DNA of 64,000 nucleotides from the human T2T-CHM13v2.0 reference genome, Homo sapiens: the NCBI RefSeq assembly GCF_009914755.1, contig NC_060937.1; one strand, written 5' to 3'. The position numbers and the translations under genes were made by a program. Of this stretch, positions 30,261 through 48,578 are shown piece by piece. The notes beneath the pieces were generated by a model. That model saw only the letters and a program-made list of their open reading frames with translations. It made no database searches and was not told where the DNA came from. Each line of letters opens with the position of its first letter. Position 1 is the first letter of the stretch.

Positions 30261-30908
30261 ATCCTCTATTTTTATATCCAGTTGGCCATTCAAAGATAAG
30301 GGCATGATAAAAAAAAATATTATCAGGCACAGAAGTTCTCAGAAGATTTACCACACAAAGGCTATGCTGAAAACTATTTTAGATAAAAGGCTTAAATAAA
30401 GGGAGAGTAAATCTAGTAGATACTGCCAGAGATATGTAAAGTAAAGATGACCAAGTACACCGGTAAAATTTCTTTGACTTAAAAGAATAGCCAAGACTAA
30501 AGAAAAAGAGAACTCATAGACACAATAATCTGGCATCAAAGTGTAGATAATAACATGATGTGGATTGGGGGCACAGAGATGAAGAGATGAGTGTATAAAG
30601 TTTTGTTCTTATGGGGGAAGAGATAGTTACCAATTTAAAGAAATGGTTAATAATATATATAGAAAAAGTGAGTCAGACTGAAAAAAAATAAAGTGGTAGA
30701 AACAGGTCCGAATAAATAATTACAATAAATATAAATGAACTAAACTCATCAGTTAAAGACAAAGATGGAAAAATTTGATATAACAAAAATTCAGGTATGT
30801 GCTATTAACAAGAGATAAAACTAAAGCATAAGGAATTGCAAAGACTCTAAGTAAATGAATAAAAAAGATATCAGTAAAATACTAATCAAAATAAAGCTGG
30901 TTTATCTA

Positions 30909-31243
<335 letters not shown>

Positions 31244-31510
31244 GATAAAAGAAAAAGATTGATAAATGTTGCTTTGTTAGAGAAAGTAAAAAGTTATATA
31301 TAGAAGATATTCAAAACACATAAAACTGGCAAAGGACTGGTATCATAAAGAACTTCTGCAAATCAGTAAAAGAAAAAACACATAAGCAGCCCAATAGGAA
31401 AATGGGCCAAAAAAAGAACTGTTTTCACAGAAGAGAAAACACATGATCAATAAACATATGAAGAGATGTTTAACATAATTAGTAATTGGGAAATATAAAT
31501 TGAGACTACA

Positions 31511-31888
<378 letters not shown>

Positions 31889-31973
31889 TTATCAATGCTG
31901 GTGAGAATGTAAAATTGTATAACTACTTTGGAAAAGTTTGACATTTTCTCCTAAATTTGGGCATTCATATACT

Positions 31974-32704
<731 letters not shown>

Positions 32705-32926
32705 CATACTCAATGACCCAATAATTCTACTCCTAGGTATAGACCCAACATAAACCATTTCATGTGTACAAGTGACTGCATAAGGAAGTTCACAGGATTT
32801 CAGTTCACAACAGCAAAAACCTGCAAAGAACCTAAAAGCCTAACTATAAAAGACAGAATAAATAAATTGTAGTAAATCCACACAATGGAATGTTATTCAG
32901 CAGTCAACATGAATGAACTATAGCAA

Positions 32927-33414
32927 TGAGGGGGTCTATCTGCAGACCCTGACCCAAACGATGGATGAATGAAGTACACTGACACACAGATATTCTGCTA
33001 TGCCAGTCCAGCTGAGTGTCTGGGCCACTTACAGACTCCAAGCAGAGTGCTGTAAACAGTCACGACCGTGGCCCTGACCAACTAGTGAGACTCGCATTTA
33101 TTTAGTAAAGATGAATTGACAAAGGCTTGAGTCAACACCACCAGAGGGTAATTGACATTGTGGACTTCCTGTAGAAAGTAATTAAGCACCGGTGGTAGAT
33201 CAAAGGTTAGTCTTAAACAACCTAGCTAGATACACTACTCTGCCTTCTTCCTTACCCACTTGAAGCTTTTTACTCAAGGTAAGGATTAGGTTGCCTTCAG
33301 CCATTGTCTTATCCTGAGACTTCTGTAAAAACCTTCAGGCCTTCCAAGAAAGTTTGTGTTTATTTTTATAACTATCTTTAATATTTTTCCCACCAGCCTG
33401 ATTGAACTCCCACA
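32927..33414 (-). mobile_element. LTR22-family solo LTR (HERV-K22/HML-5)
   Basis: Minus strand begins tgtgggagttcaatcaggctggtgggaaaaatatt; 6-bp TSD tagcaa/taacaa. Confidence 0.8.
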
Positions 33415-33889
33415 TAACAACACACAAAAATATGAGGAATCTTAACAATATAATAATAATAAATGAATCTAAAGAGTTTACATATTCTGCGATGCATTTT
33501 TAATAAAATTTATGACCAAGATAATAGTTCCTTTTTATGAATGCAAATACGTGCAATTAAACTATATGAAATGGAAGGCAAGGAAATTGTTTTTTTATTT
33601 TTTTGCAAACACTATGGTGACTTAAAGGCAAGGAAATTGTTAACATGGAATTCAGCAATATGGCTACCTTGAGTAGACAAAGGCAGAGGGACACGATGGG
33701 AAAAGCAACCATATGGTTAGATGTAGGTTGTTGTCAAGGTCTTAGTTTTTGCTTGAGATGGTGGGTTCATGAGTATTTATCTATGTCTACAGCTATGTTT
33801 ATATGTATATTAACATAACAATATTTAATGGAGGAGGCCACTTAAGGACCACAGAGGAAAGTATGCCATAAATAGGATTAGAACTAATT

Positions 33890-34189
<300 letters not shown>

Positions 34190-34728
34190 TAGATTAGAAC
34201 TAATTCTAATCCAATCCTGTGCATCTGGGGTTAAACATCCCCCAAATTGTTGGGCTTTCCCAGATTTGTCCATGATTCTACAAACTGGTGCTTCTGGCTA
34301 ATTCTGATTTTCACAAGGGTCTGGAAATTGGAATATTTTTTCCACGCTAACTCTATGACCTGCAGTGTGGCTAACCAATCTAGACCAAACATGCAGCTCT
34401 GGATTGTTCAGGATTTAGTGTGCCAATTTAGATAGAAAGCTCAATTAATTAAAATAAAGAAGCACAGAGACCAAAAGTTCATTGAGTTCAAGTAGAATCA
34501 GCTCAATGGGTGGGAAAAAGAAAAAAGAATCAGTTCCTATAAAAAAGGACAGCATAGTTGCTAGAACCCTCTAGAGATGTACAGATATTAGATAGTTTTG
34601 GCAGGAAGTGGTGGCCAAAATACATGAAACAACAACCTGAAAAAATAAGAGTTAATCAGGGATTGCAGCAGGGATGAAAACAAACAAGCCAAAAAGCCAC
34701 AACAACAACAAAAACAGGTGGAAGATAA

Positions 34729-35092
<364 letters not shown>

Positions 35093-36289
35093 TTGGCTAT
35101 GTTTTTCTTGGTAAACATCTCTACTATCTGCTTTTGAAATGATGGAGCTACCTTTCAGTTTTAAAAACAATATATTTCAGGCATCTCAAGTAATCCACAA
35201 TCTGGAGGCAAAAGTCAAGACTGAGTTGACAGAGCACAAATCTGTTTCATTTGACTACATTAAAGAGGTTTGCATTCTTTCAAGGGCTTACTAGCGAGTT
35301 GTTCAGAAGCAGTACTGACACGGGGGCCTGGGATTGTTGAGGGATGCTTATGCACAGAGAGGAAGGTTTGCTAATCCAGGAGCACTGAATCATCATGATG
35401 TAAACTTGCAGGACTTCATGGCTTCAGTGATACATCATTGATCTTGAATTCCAGTCCACAGAACTTTTTTTTATGGTAAGGAAAAGGATATGGGAAGAAA
35501 AAAGTATTATAAGCATGTTTCTCATATTTCTTCCCTCTTTTACCCTATAAATAAAAGAGCAAAGGTATTACTGAGCAAATGTTCTCTTGAAAAACTTGAT
35601 TTCTTCTTATGCTTGGAAATTTTGCTATAGAGATAGTCATTGCTACTGTTTACAGTAGACATTCCAACCCTGAAAACTAAACTCTGAAGTATTTACTATG
35701 CTTAGATAAATCACATATTTGTCCTCATGAGTACAGCCTGTTCAGGTTTGTACATACCATTGCGTAATTCCCTAAGAACTCTTTCCAATTTAAAAGGATG
35801 ACTTTGGATACCTTTGTGGAAGTTGATAGGAAAGATTTTTGCTCTTTAAAATACTTGTTGAATAGGCCAGTTAAAAGTATGCTTTGTACTGAATTTTGCC
35901 TTTATCAGTAAAGGCTCCAAGAATGTTGATAAAATAAGAGAAAAAGAAATTGGGCTTTTCTCCTGCCAGAATTGGAAGGGAGAGACCCAAAACTAAGAAC
36001 GGAAAATCTGTCATAATAATGGCAGAATCCTCAAAAGAAGATACACAAATAAATGCAGCTGAGGAACCTGGAGACTTCCCTGGTTTCTGTCCCTTGTGAG
36101 ACTTCAAATCATAAAATACCCTAATATCTTTCTGTAATCTTCTGTCATGTTCTAAAATGTCTAAAATATTGAAACAGTCCTTATTATCAGAAAAAAGTAA
36201 TCATGAACAGAGCCCAGAATATGGTATAAAACATTACCTTACTGTTCTCATCATGTCATTGTTCAGTCCTACCTCCAAACAATGTCCCA

Positions 36290-36765
36290 TGAGAAATCCC
36301 AGAAGACATCTCCCTCACTAAAGCATTGAGAAATGCATTAATAAATGGAGCACCTGCAACCTCTTTCAAAGGAGAGCTCTGTGGTTGCTCTCTTCTATAG
36401 GGTAGGTGGAAAATATGCCATTGACATGGTCTCCCCAATTTCAATGATGGGATGATGGGATCTCAGAGTGGCATAGGTAGGGGTGGCACTGAATCTCCAA
36501 GGACAAAGTAAATGCATCCACTGTAAAGGGCAATCAGAATGCTTTGGCCTGCAGACATATTTGATGGTGGTTAAGTTATGGTGTTCTTAGGAATGAAATA
36601 GATGGGCAATCTACCATTGTATTGCTTGATCTGTAACAGAGGGAAAAATTCTAGGTCTGGTAGCTAAAAACCTGATGAGTCACTGCAGTGGACAGTCATG
36701 GCCTCTTGTGTTGAGATCTAAGTCAATTCACAGAGCCAAAGCTCCTTGATTAAAGAGGAGGCTGG
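36290..36765 (+). mobile_element. ERVL-class gag fragment (HERV16/ERV3-16A3-int-like)
   Basis: Decayed PEDISLTKALRNALINGAPA and GVLRNEIDGQST blocks typical of ERVL Gag. Confidence 0.6.
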
Positions 36766-36870
36766 GAGCCAGGCACAGTGGCCCATGCCATCCCAGTGAG
36801 TCAGGAGGCTGAAGCAAGAGGATTGATTGCTTGAAGCCAGGAGTTTGACCTCAGACCCTACGAAAAAATT
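36766..36870 (+). mobile_element. Alu monomer fragment
   Basis: gccaggcacagtggc..ggaggctgaagcaagagg. Confidence 0.6.
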
Positions 36871-36880
36871 AATCTAAAAT

Positions 36881-37192
<312 letters not shown>

Positions 37193-37295
37193 CTAAAATG
37201 GATCATAGATCTAAATGTAAACCTAGAATTATAAATCTACTAGAAAAAATATAGGACAAAATCTGTGGGACCCTGGCATAAGCAAAGTTTTCTTA

Positions 37296-37640
<345 letters not shown>

Positions 37641-37714
37641 AATAGGTAATCAGTTGGGCTTCATCAACATTTAAAACATTTCTCTTTGAAAGTCAGTTAA
37701 GAAAATGAAAGTCA

Positions 37715-37920
37715 GCTAGGTGTGGTGGCTCACGCCTATAATCCCAGCACTTTGGAAGGCCAAGGCAGGAGGATCACTTGAGCTCAGGATTTCGAGACCA
37801 TCCTACGCAACAGAGCAAGACCCCACCTCTAGAAAAAATTTTAAAAATTAGCCAGGCAGGGTTGTGCGTGCCTATAGTCGTAGCTATTTGGAAGGCTGAG
37901 GTGGGAGGATCACTTGAGCA
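37715..37920 (+). mobile_element. AluJ, 3'-truncated
   Basis: Ends mid right arm. Confidence 0.88.
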
Positions 37921-38491
37921 AAATCAAAACTGATTTTCATTAAATCTCAAAGTAATCTGTTGACTGAAAGAAACCAAACAAAGATATATATTGTATTATT
38001 TCACTTATATGAAATTCTTGAAAATAAAAACTAACTTATGTAGCTAGACTGCAGATCAGTGGTTGCCTGGGGACAGGTTAAAAAGTGCAATGAACTGCAG
38101 ACAGGTATGAGAAAACCTTCAATGGCAATGGAAATGTTCAGCATCTTGTTTGTGGAGATGGTTTCATAGTTACATATGTTTACCAAAACTTATCAAATAG
38201 TGAACTTCAAATATATGCAGTTTATTATTCAAAATTATACTTCAATAAAGTTGTGAAAATGGGAGCGGGGAAGCAACAAATACTGGTGTGAGTCAACAGC
38301 ATGAACCATATCACCTTTTCTCATTTTCCAGAAGTATGCTGAGTTCCTTGGTCAGCCAAAATAACCACCCTCTCGCCCATATGAGAGGATCTTCCTTGTC
38401 CATTTTCCCCCATAGTACCTGTCATTTTTTTTTTTTCTGCTGCTATAACAAAGGACCACAGATTGGGTCACTCATAAAGAAAAGAAGTTTA

Positions 38492-39024
<533 letters not shown>

Positions 39025-39260
39025 GCTCACTGCAAGCTCTGCCTCCTGGGTTCACGCCATTCTCCTGCCTCAGCCTCCCGAGTAGCTGGGACTACAGGTG
39101 CTTGCCACCATGCCCAGCTAATTTTTTTCTTTTTGTATTTTTAGTAGAGACGGGGTTTCACTGTGTTAGCCAGGATGGTCTTGATCTCCCGGCCTCGTGA
39201 TCCACCTGCCTCGGCCTTCTGAAGTGCTGGGATTATAGGCATGAGCCACAGCGCCCGGCC
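39025..39260 (-). mobile_element. AluY-like lacking its 3' end and tail
   Basis: Antisense from gctcactgcaagctc to cccggcc. Confidence 0.92.
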
Positions 39261-39647
39261 TGATCAGAACATTTTTTAATGAAAGGATCTAGAAAGCAAC
39301 TTGGAAGTGTAAATAGTCACCTTCATTTTCTCTAACTTGATCAAGACTAGTGGGTCCATGGCCCTGTGTTAGTTCATGCATTCATCTCAGACCCAAATGA
39401 AAGTTTCAACTCCCAAAATGCAGTTCCTTAGATGCTCGTCTGGACGTGATGACGTGCCCGCCATATAAGAAGGTGCAATCATAGGTATCACAGGTAGCCA
39501 GATAGAAGACATTTTTTTCTCCCAAAATTATTCCTTGGAGTGGGGAGTGATATGGGGGAAGAGCTCCCATCTTAAGGGGCACACACTGAGTTGCTTATGC
39601 TACTTGTTCAAAATGAAGTAACTGCCTTAATCTAAAAAAAGAAAAGA
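39261..39647 (+). pseudogene. Possible retrocopied mRNA 3' UTR fragment (parent unidentified)
   Basis: Non-repeat-like sequence ending in AATGAA ~16 nt before an A-rich run. Confidence 0.35.
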
Positions 39648-39839
39648 ATATTTACAACACTGAAAATGAATGAACTACGATTTATGTATAGCATGGATGA
39701 ATTTCATAAACATTGGACAAAAGAATCCAGACACAAAATAGTGGTTGCCTTTGGGCAATATAGAAGGGTGCAAGTGGAAGTGGCCTCAAGAAGTTTTCTG
39801 GGGTGCTGGTAAGGTTCTATTTTCTAAACTATGTGGTGA

Positions 39840-40177
<338 letters not shown>

Positions 40178-40429
40178 AACTTTTAAAAAAAATTTTAGGT
40201 AAAACCCACATAACATGTAATTGACTATCAGCCATTTTAAAGTGGACAATTCAGTGGGATTTAGTGTATTCACAACGTTGTGCAACCACCACCTCTATCT
40301 AGTCCCAAGATATTTTCCTCACCCCAAAAGGGAACCCCACCCATACCCATCAAGCAATTGCTCCTCATTCTTCTGAGCTGTTACTTTTCTACACTTTTCT
40401 ACAAGCATGTTTTACTTCAATTTAAACTT

Positions 40430-41250
40430 TAGCCCATGAAATCTAGGCAAGACGAGGAGGAGAATGAAGTCATATAGGAGCTGATGAATGTCAAGCCATG
40501 GTGGGGTGGGCCACTGGGTTGAAGATTTTGAAAAGGTTGAAGAAGTATGGTAGTGGACGCACTTGAGTAAGTGAATTGAAAGGAAAGAGGTAGTGGTCAG
40601 AGGGTAGGATGCTTAAATAAAGATTTCACAAATGCGTTCATTTCTGTTGATCCCAAGGAAGTGACCGTGTGAGTGTGTAGCTGAGGTGGAATGGTGAAAA
40701 AGATCATTGAGGACACATCTGTTAAAGACCTAAGAAGCCAGAGCATTGAATGGTTCAACTACATGGCGTTAGGTGGTTCCAACCAATCAATGCTGAGGTC
40801 ACAAAAATGGGTAAAAATGACATGGCAGGAGTTGGGGAGGAGGGGAAAAGCAGGAAGCTAAGTGCAAGTCTCTCCTGGATGGAGGGGCATCGCCAAGAAG
40901 TAGCTCACAGCTTCAAGGAGGAGGTCAAGGGAGTTAGATGACCTGACCTTCAGAAGAGCTGAGGATTTTGGAGGAGGGAATAGGAATTGGAAACTGCAAC
41001 TGCAGGCCATGAGGACACTGCCTAATAATGCCACAGTGGCCTTGGGGACAGCCATGTTTCAGGTAGGGCAGGAGAAGAGATGGAGGATGTGGGAGAGTTT
41101 AAGATCACAGAGAGGAGCTTCTGAGAACACAGCGAGGTGTGGGAGAGGCAGTGCTTGCATCATATTGGAGGACAGACATGGCAACACAAAGACAGGTGGG
41201 TTGGGGGTGACTGGAAAACAGGATGGAGGCTGGACTGGATTCAGCCTGAA
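40430..41250 (-). mobile_element. Old L2-like fragment
   Basis: Purine-rich, similar in character to 20350-20740. Confidence 0.4.
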
Positions 41251-41462
41251 GATACACTCAGGGTGAGGGTGGCAACCAGACCCGACGACGTGTGTCCTGG
41301 CAATTTCTCTCCAAGAAACCACTAGTGATGAAGCAGTGCTTTAGGTGCTTGGGGGTTGAGCACCTTCCTGATATGTAGTGTTAACAGCTTATAAATGGCT
41401 ATGTGTGACTTTTTTTTCTTCTGATCAACGCTGGTCCTTAATCACCATGTTGGATTACCTCC

Positions 41463-41806
41463 TGCTATGGTTTGAGTGCTAGTCCCCTGCAAAACTCATG
41501 TTAAAATTTATTTGCCATTATAACAGTATCAAGAGGTAGAACTTTTAAGAAGTGATAAGACTATGAAGGCTCCATCTTCATGAGTGGATTGATGTTGTTA
41601 TAAAAGGGAGAGTTTGACCCTCTTTTGTCCTCTCTTGCCCTTCTGCCTTTTGTCATGTGATGATGCAACAAGAAGGCCCTCACCAGATGCCAGCACTTTG
41701 ACACTGGACTTCTCAGCCTCCAGAACTGTGAGCTAATAAGTTCCTGTTTATTGTAAATGACCCAGTCTCACATGTTGTTATAGCAGCACAAAAATGGACT
41801 GAGACA
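41463..41806 (+). mobile_element. MST (MSTC-like) solo LTR
   Basis: tgctatggtttgagtg..ggactgagaca. Confidence 0.82.
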
Positions 41807-41906
41807 CCTTAAGAGGGAGATACATGCTGCTGTGGTGGATATATTAGAGATTAATTTAGAAAGATTATTAAATCACTGAAGACCTTTTAAAAATTAATTT
41901 TCTTTG

Positions 41907-42219
<313 letters not shown>

Positions 42220-42289
42220 CTACAAAGATAGTGAGATCACAATTATTATCATGGTCCTTAAGATTTTTTTGACATTGAAAAGTACTTTG

Positions 42290-43138
42290 TAAAGCATATA
42301 TGTGATAAAACACTTGAATTCAGACTACATAAAGAACACTCAAAACTCAACAGTAAGAGAACAACAACCTAATAATGGGGAAAAAATTTGAACAAACACT
42401 CCACCAAAGAAGATACACAAATGGCAAACAAGTACATGAAAAAATCTCAACGTCATCAGTCATTGGGAAAATGCAAACTGAAACCACACACAGAAACTGT
42501 GAAAATTAAAAAGACTGACCATGATTAGCTATGGCAGGGACATGGAAGAACTGGGACTCTCATACACTTCTGGTGTAAATATTAAATGGTTAAATGTTGG
42601 AAAACAGTTTGGCAGTTTGGTAAGAGCTAAATGTACACCTACTGCATGATCCAGCCCTTCCACTCCTAGTATTTATCCTGAGAAATGAAAACATACGTCC
42701 ACACAAAGACTTGTGTGCCAATGTTCATAGCAGCTTTATTTGTAACATAACTAAACTGGGAATAGCCCAAATATCCATTAACAGGTGAATAAACAAATTG
42801 CGATACATCCATGCAATGAAATACTACTCAGCAGTGAAAAGGAATGAATGGTTGATACATACCACAACATGGGTGAATCTCAAAATAGTTATGTAGAGTG
42901 AAAACAGCCAGATCCCCTCCATTAAAAAGAAGTATATACAGTATGATTTTATTTATATAAAATTCTAGAAGATTAGATTTAATCTGTAGTGACGAAGAGA
43001 CAAAGGAGGTGGGATAGAAAGAGGCAGAGACGGGGGTTACCAAGGGGCAGGAGGAAAGTTTTTGGGGTGAGATGGGTATGTTTTGTCTTGAGTGTGGTGA
43101 TGGTTTCATGATTTATACATATGTCAGAACTTATCAAA
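42290..43138 (+). mobile_element. Old L1M ORF2 end and 3' UTR
   Basis: gggaaaatgcaaactgaaaccaca; aatgttcatagcagctttattt; tactactcagcagtgaaaaggaatg. Confidence 0.75.
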
Positions 43139-43290
43139 GGTCCGGCATGGTGACTCAAGCCTGTAAACCTGGGGCTTTGGGAGGCAGAAGCAGCAGGATT
43201 ACTTGAGGCCAGGAGTTTAAGGCTGCCATGGGCTATGACTGTGCCACTTCACTCCAGCCTGGATAACAGAGTGAGACTCTGTCTCTAAAA
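43139..43290 (+). mobile_element. FRAM/FAM-like monomer
   Basis: Single right-arm-type monomer. Confidence 0.75.
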
Positions 43291-43296
43291 TTATTT

Positions 43297-43565
43297 TGCC
43301 AGGCATGGTGGCTCATACCTGTGATCCCAACACTTGGGGGGCTGAGGCAGAAGGATTGCTTGAGGCTAGGAGTTCAAGACCAGCCTAGGTATCAAAGCAA
43401 GACCCCATCTCAACAAAAAGTTTAAAAAATTAGCCAGGTGTGGTGGCACACATTTATAGTCCCAGCTACTCTGGAGGTGGGAGGATTGCTTGAGCCCAGA
43501 AGTTCAATGCTGCAGTGAGCTGTAATAGGGCCGCTGCACTTCGGCCCAGGTGACAGATTGAGACC

Positions 43566-43570
<5 letters not shown>
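43297..43570 (+). mobile_element. AluJ
   Basis: Diverged dimer. Confidence 0.9.
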
Positions 43571-43616
<46 letters not shown>

Positions 43617-43634
43617 ACCTCCACACATACACAC
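43566..43634. repeat. Compound (CT)n(CA)n microsatellite
   Basis: Direct read; replaces the Alu tail. Confidence 0.92.
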
Positions 43635-43744
43635 AATTGGGATGATAGTAGTAACTACGTCAGAGGCTTGTGGTGAGAACAGAAAGCATTCAGAATAGTC
43701 TCTGGCACGTATAGACAGTCAATAAATGTTAGCTAATTTTAGAA

Positions 43745-44790
<1,046 letters not shown>

Positions 44791-45879
44791 GAAAAAAAAA
44801 TTCCATTTTTTCCAACAGATGCTGCAACCTGGCCGTTGGCCGATACCTTTTGTTTGGCCTTGAATAGTTTTATACGTAGGAGCCAATACTTTGAAACCAG
44901 CATATTTTACAGGGAGAGAGAGAGAGAGTGAGCAAGCAGGAGCTGGCTTCTTTTGGAAAATCATATGGAAACTCTGAGCCCACATTCTTGAACCTGTGAA
45001 TGAGAGGTAGTTGCCCTTGAGGTGGGGGCAAGGGCCACGTGCTTCCCTCCGGACACACATGGAAATTGTACAGGATACTGGGGAAGTGAAGAGGGACATG
45101 CTCAGCTCAGCTCAGCTCAGCACTGGCTGTCCCGCACACCTGCACTTGAGGGTTGGGTTGGGGTCCGGGCAGTGTCTGACCTGGTGGCCTCCCACCCTCC
45201 CCACTTCCCCCAACTCACAGGACTAAGCCAATGCGCGTGCCCTCTGCCTCATTGTTTATCGTGTCTCCCTGCCCTCATGGGTCTTTGAGTTTGAGACACT
45301 CTGTGCAAGAACTAAGCCTGTGACAAGAGCGCTTCTGTCGACTACTCTGTCATTAGCAAGGGTAGAGGCCACAGGGAATAGTTCATTAGTTCCTTCACTT
45401 TCATCCTCCCCTGCACCAACACAATCTATCCTGCAATTAAGGGAAAGAAACCCAGGGAAGGGACCTTGGTGGCCTCCATGGAAAGCCCTTGTCAGCCAGT
45501 GGAGATGGGACATTGAGTTGCAATCTAGAGTGACTGGAGTGATAGTAGTGAGACATAATAATAACAGGAAGACATAGCAAGACATTGTCTCTACAAAAAA
45601 AAAAAACAAAACAAAAAAACAAAAAAAACTGGGTGATGTTGACTTGATCACCAGTTGATTATTTCTTACTTCTTGGACCCAACATATATTGAGCACCTGC
45701 CATGTACCAAGCACTTGGCTAGGCTCTGGGAACACAGCATGGTTCCTGCTCTGTTCCAGGAGGATTTGGGAGCTCTTGAGACACTGAGCTTGGTTGAGTC
45801 ATTATTTTATTCATCATGAAATCACTAGAAAAAGATGGAAACTTGAACTGCAAACATTGCTTGGATTTATATTCTAAGG

Positions 45880-46281
<402 letters not shown>

Positions 46282-47119
46282 TTCCATGAAAATTATGCCA
46301 GGGCTGGTCTAAGAATATTCCCTTTCCTTCATTTGTTCTCCTTAACCAATCATCCTGACCCATATGGCAGCCATTGCTGTTAGATGTTACTGGAAGATTG
46401 AAATGACTGGCTGTCTCCATCGCAAAGCTGAATAATTGTAGGGCTAGAAATGAGCTATCCCTTTGGCTGGGCTGCGGCTTGGGGAAGTAATTACCTCAGA
46501 ATAACGAAGCAGTCACTTCCAGAGTCATTACTTCTGCATGCAGAGACGGTTCAAGAATCCTTGGAGAAACCCTATCAAGTCCTGGCCTACTTGAAGTCAG
46601 TATTGAGGCTTTCCCTGGCAGTGAAACTACTGAGGCCAAGATTGCTTTCCCAAGCTGGAAAAAACGGCATCCCAGATGACCACCCTGTTCCTGCAGACAC
46701 ACATCTGGGCTTCTAGCCACTGGGGGCACCAGAGGCTCACCGTTTTAACTTTTTCTGAGCAACCAAGCTGCTCTCAGCTTGTTGATTCAAGAACACTCAA
46801 CCTGAAAAGTCTACAGGCTCTTATTTAAAATTTGTCCCAATCAAGAAACAAGTATTATTATTTTGTGTATTCCTGAAGTCTATGCTAGAAATGGAGGAGA
46901 ATGGGAGGAACCCGCAATCAACTGTCCATTGTGGGTGTAGATTAGTATCTGCAGCCACATGGGTGATTTTTTTTTTTACTTGCAGTTAGCATTTGTCCTA
47001 ATTTGAGAGAAATCAGGACCTTCATGGTGGCATAATCATAAACAACGTTTTACTTAAAGCAGTGGTTCTCAGCGTTGATTGAACATTGGAATCACCTAGC
47101 TTTATAAAGGATTGAAACT

Positions 47120-48020
47120 GATAGCCAAAGCTGGGACGATTTAAGCAACAAAATTAATAAAATAGTATTGGACCCAACATATAAATAAATATCAATGAGT
47201 TCATACTAACATAAATATACAATTAAATTAATTAATTATTTAATTTGTGGTGGGAGAATTCCTAATAATGTGCACAAGAATTCCAAATAATGTATGTAGA
47301 TACTCCACCCTCAAGGAGCTAGAGCACAACTCCCTATAACTAAAGTGTGAGTAGCAAACAGTGACTCTCTTCCAAAGATTACAGTATGGAAAGGGGAGAA
47401 AAGTAACTTTCCAATGGAGACATCTTAGCCAGGTGTTCAAGTCAGCATCAGTAGTGGTGAATCATGTTGATTGTATGTACTCTTGACATGATGTGATGAC
47501 AATGGCACTTTACCTCTGTGCTCTTCCTCCCAAAAGCCCATGGCCCTGTCTAATCATGAGACATCAGACAGATCCCAACCGAGGGATATTCTACAAAATA
47601 TTCGACCAATACTCCTCAAAAATTTCAAGACCATCAAAAACAAGAAAAGCCTAAGAAACTGTCACAGCCAAGAAGGGCCTAAGGAGACATGATGGCTAAA
47701 TGTCATGTGGGTTCTTGGATGGGACCTTGGAACAGAAAAAGAATGTTAGGAAAAAACTAAAGTAGTCTGAATAAAGTATGGACTTTAGTTAATAGTAATG
47801 TCTCAACATTGATTAATTGTGACAAATTTGCGATGCTAATGTGAGATGTTAATAATTGGGGGAAATGGGTGTGGAGTATAAGGGAAACTCTCTGTACCAT
47901 CTTTGCAATTTCTCTATATATCTAAAGCTATTCTAAAATTTAAAAGTTTTCTCAGCGGCTGTTTAGCTTAATCGGTTAAAGCATGGTGCTGATAAAATTT
48001 TAAAGTTTATTATAAAGAAA
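47120..48020 (+). mobile_element. Old L1 (L1MC/L1MD-type) 3' end
   Basis: aataaagtatggactttagttaat..ctctctgtaccatctttgcaatt..ctaaaatt. Confidence 0.75.
47957..47995 (+). pseudogene. tRNA-Ile 5'-half retropseudogene (anticodon GAT)
   Basis: 31/39 identity by hand to recalled human tRNA-Ile 5' half GGCCGGTTAGCTCAGTTGGTTAGAGCGTGGTGCTAATAA; 16-bp direct repeats taaaattt(a/t)aaagttt. Confidence 0.7.
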
Positions 48021-48258
48021 AAACATTGATCCATGGAATCCACCCCCGGTCCCCTCAGGGGTTCAAATTTAACTAGTCCAGAATTTGGCCTTGGCTTTGG
48101 GCTATTATAGGCAGCCAGGGTTAAGAACCATACCTTCAGTGTTAATCAAAGCCGTCTGAAAAGTTAGCATATTCTTGCCTTATCCCTTTTTCTCACACAC
48201 CTCAAACTATTCTTTTGGTTCCATGAAAAAAATGTTGTTTTATAATTTTCTTTCTTTC

Positions 48259-48555
48259 TTTTTTTTTTTTTTTGAGATGGAATCTTGCTCTGTTGCCCAG
48301 GCTGGAGTACAGTGGTGCAATCTTGGCTCACTGCAACTTCCACCTCCTGGGTTCAAACGTTTCTCCTACCTCAGCCTCCTGAGTAGCTGGGATTACAGGC
48401 ATGTGCCATCATGCCTGGCTGATTTTTGTATTTTTAGTAGACACGGGGTTTCGCCATGTTGGCCAGGCTGGTCTCGAACTTCTGACCTCAAGTGATGCAC
48501 CCACCTTGGCCTCCCAAAGTGATGAGATTACAGGCGAAAGCCACTACGCCTGGCC
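48259..48555 (-). mobile_element. AluS
   Basis: Antisense dimer. Confidence 0.95.
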
Positions 48556-48578
48556 TGTGTTATTATTTTCTTGAATAG

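Noticed and set aside
45098-45122. (GCTCA)n repeat
   Set aside because: Short simple repeat; not an array with spacers.
46716-46730. Second CTCF site
   Set aside because: One base short of the core spacing (CCAC-TGGGGGC); weak match only.
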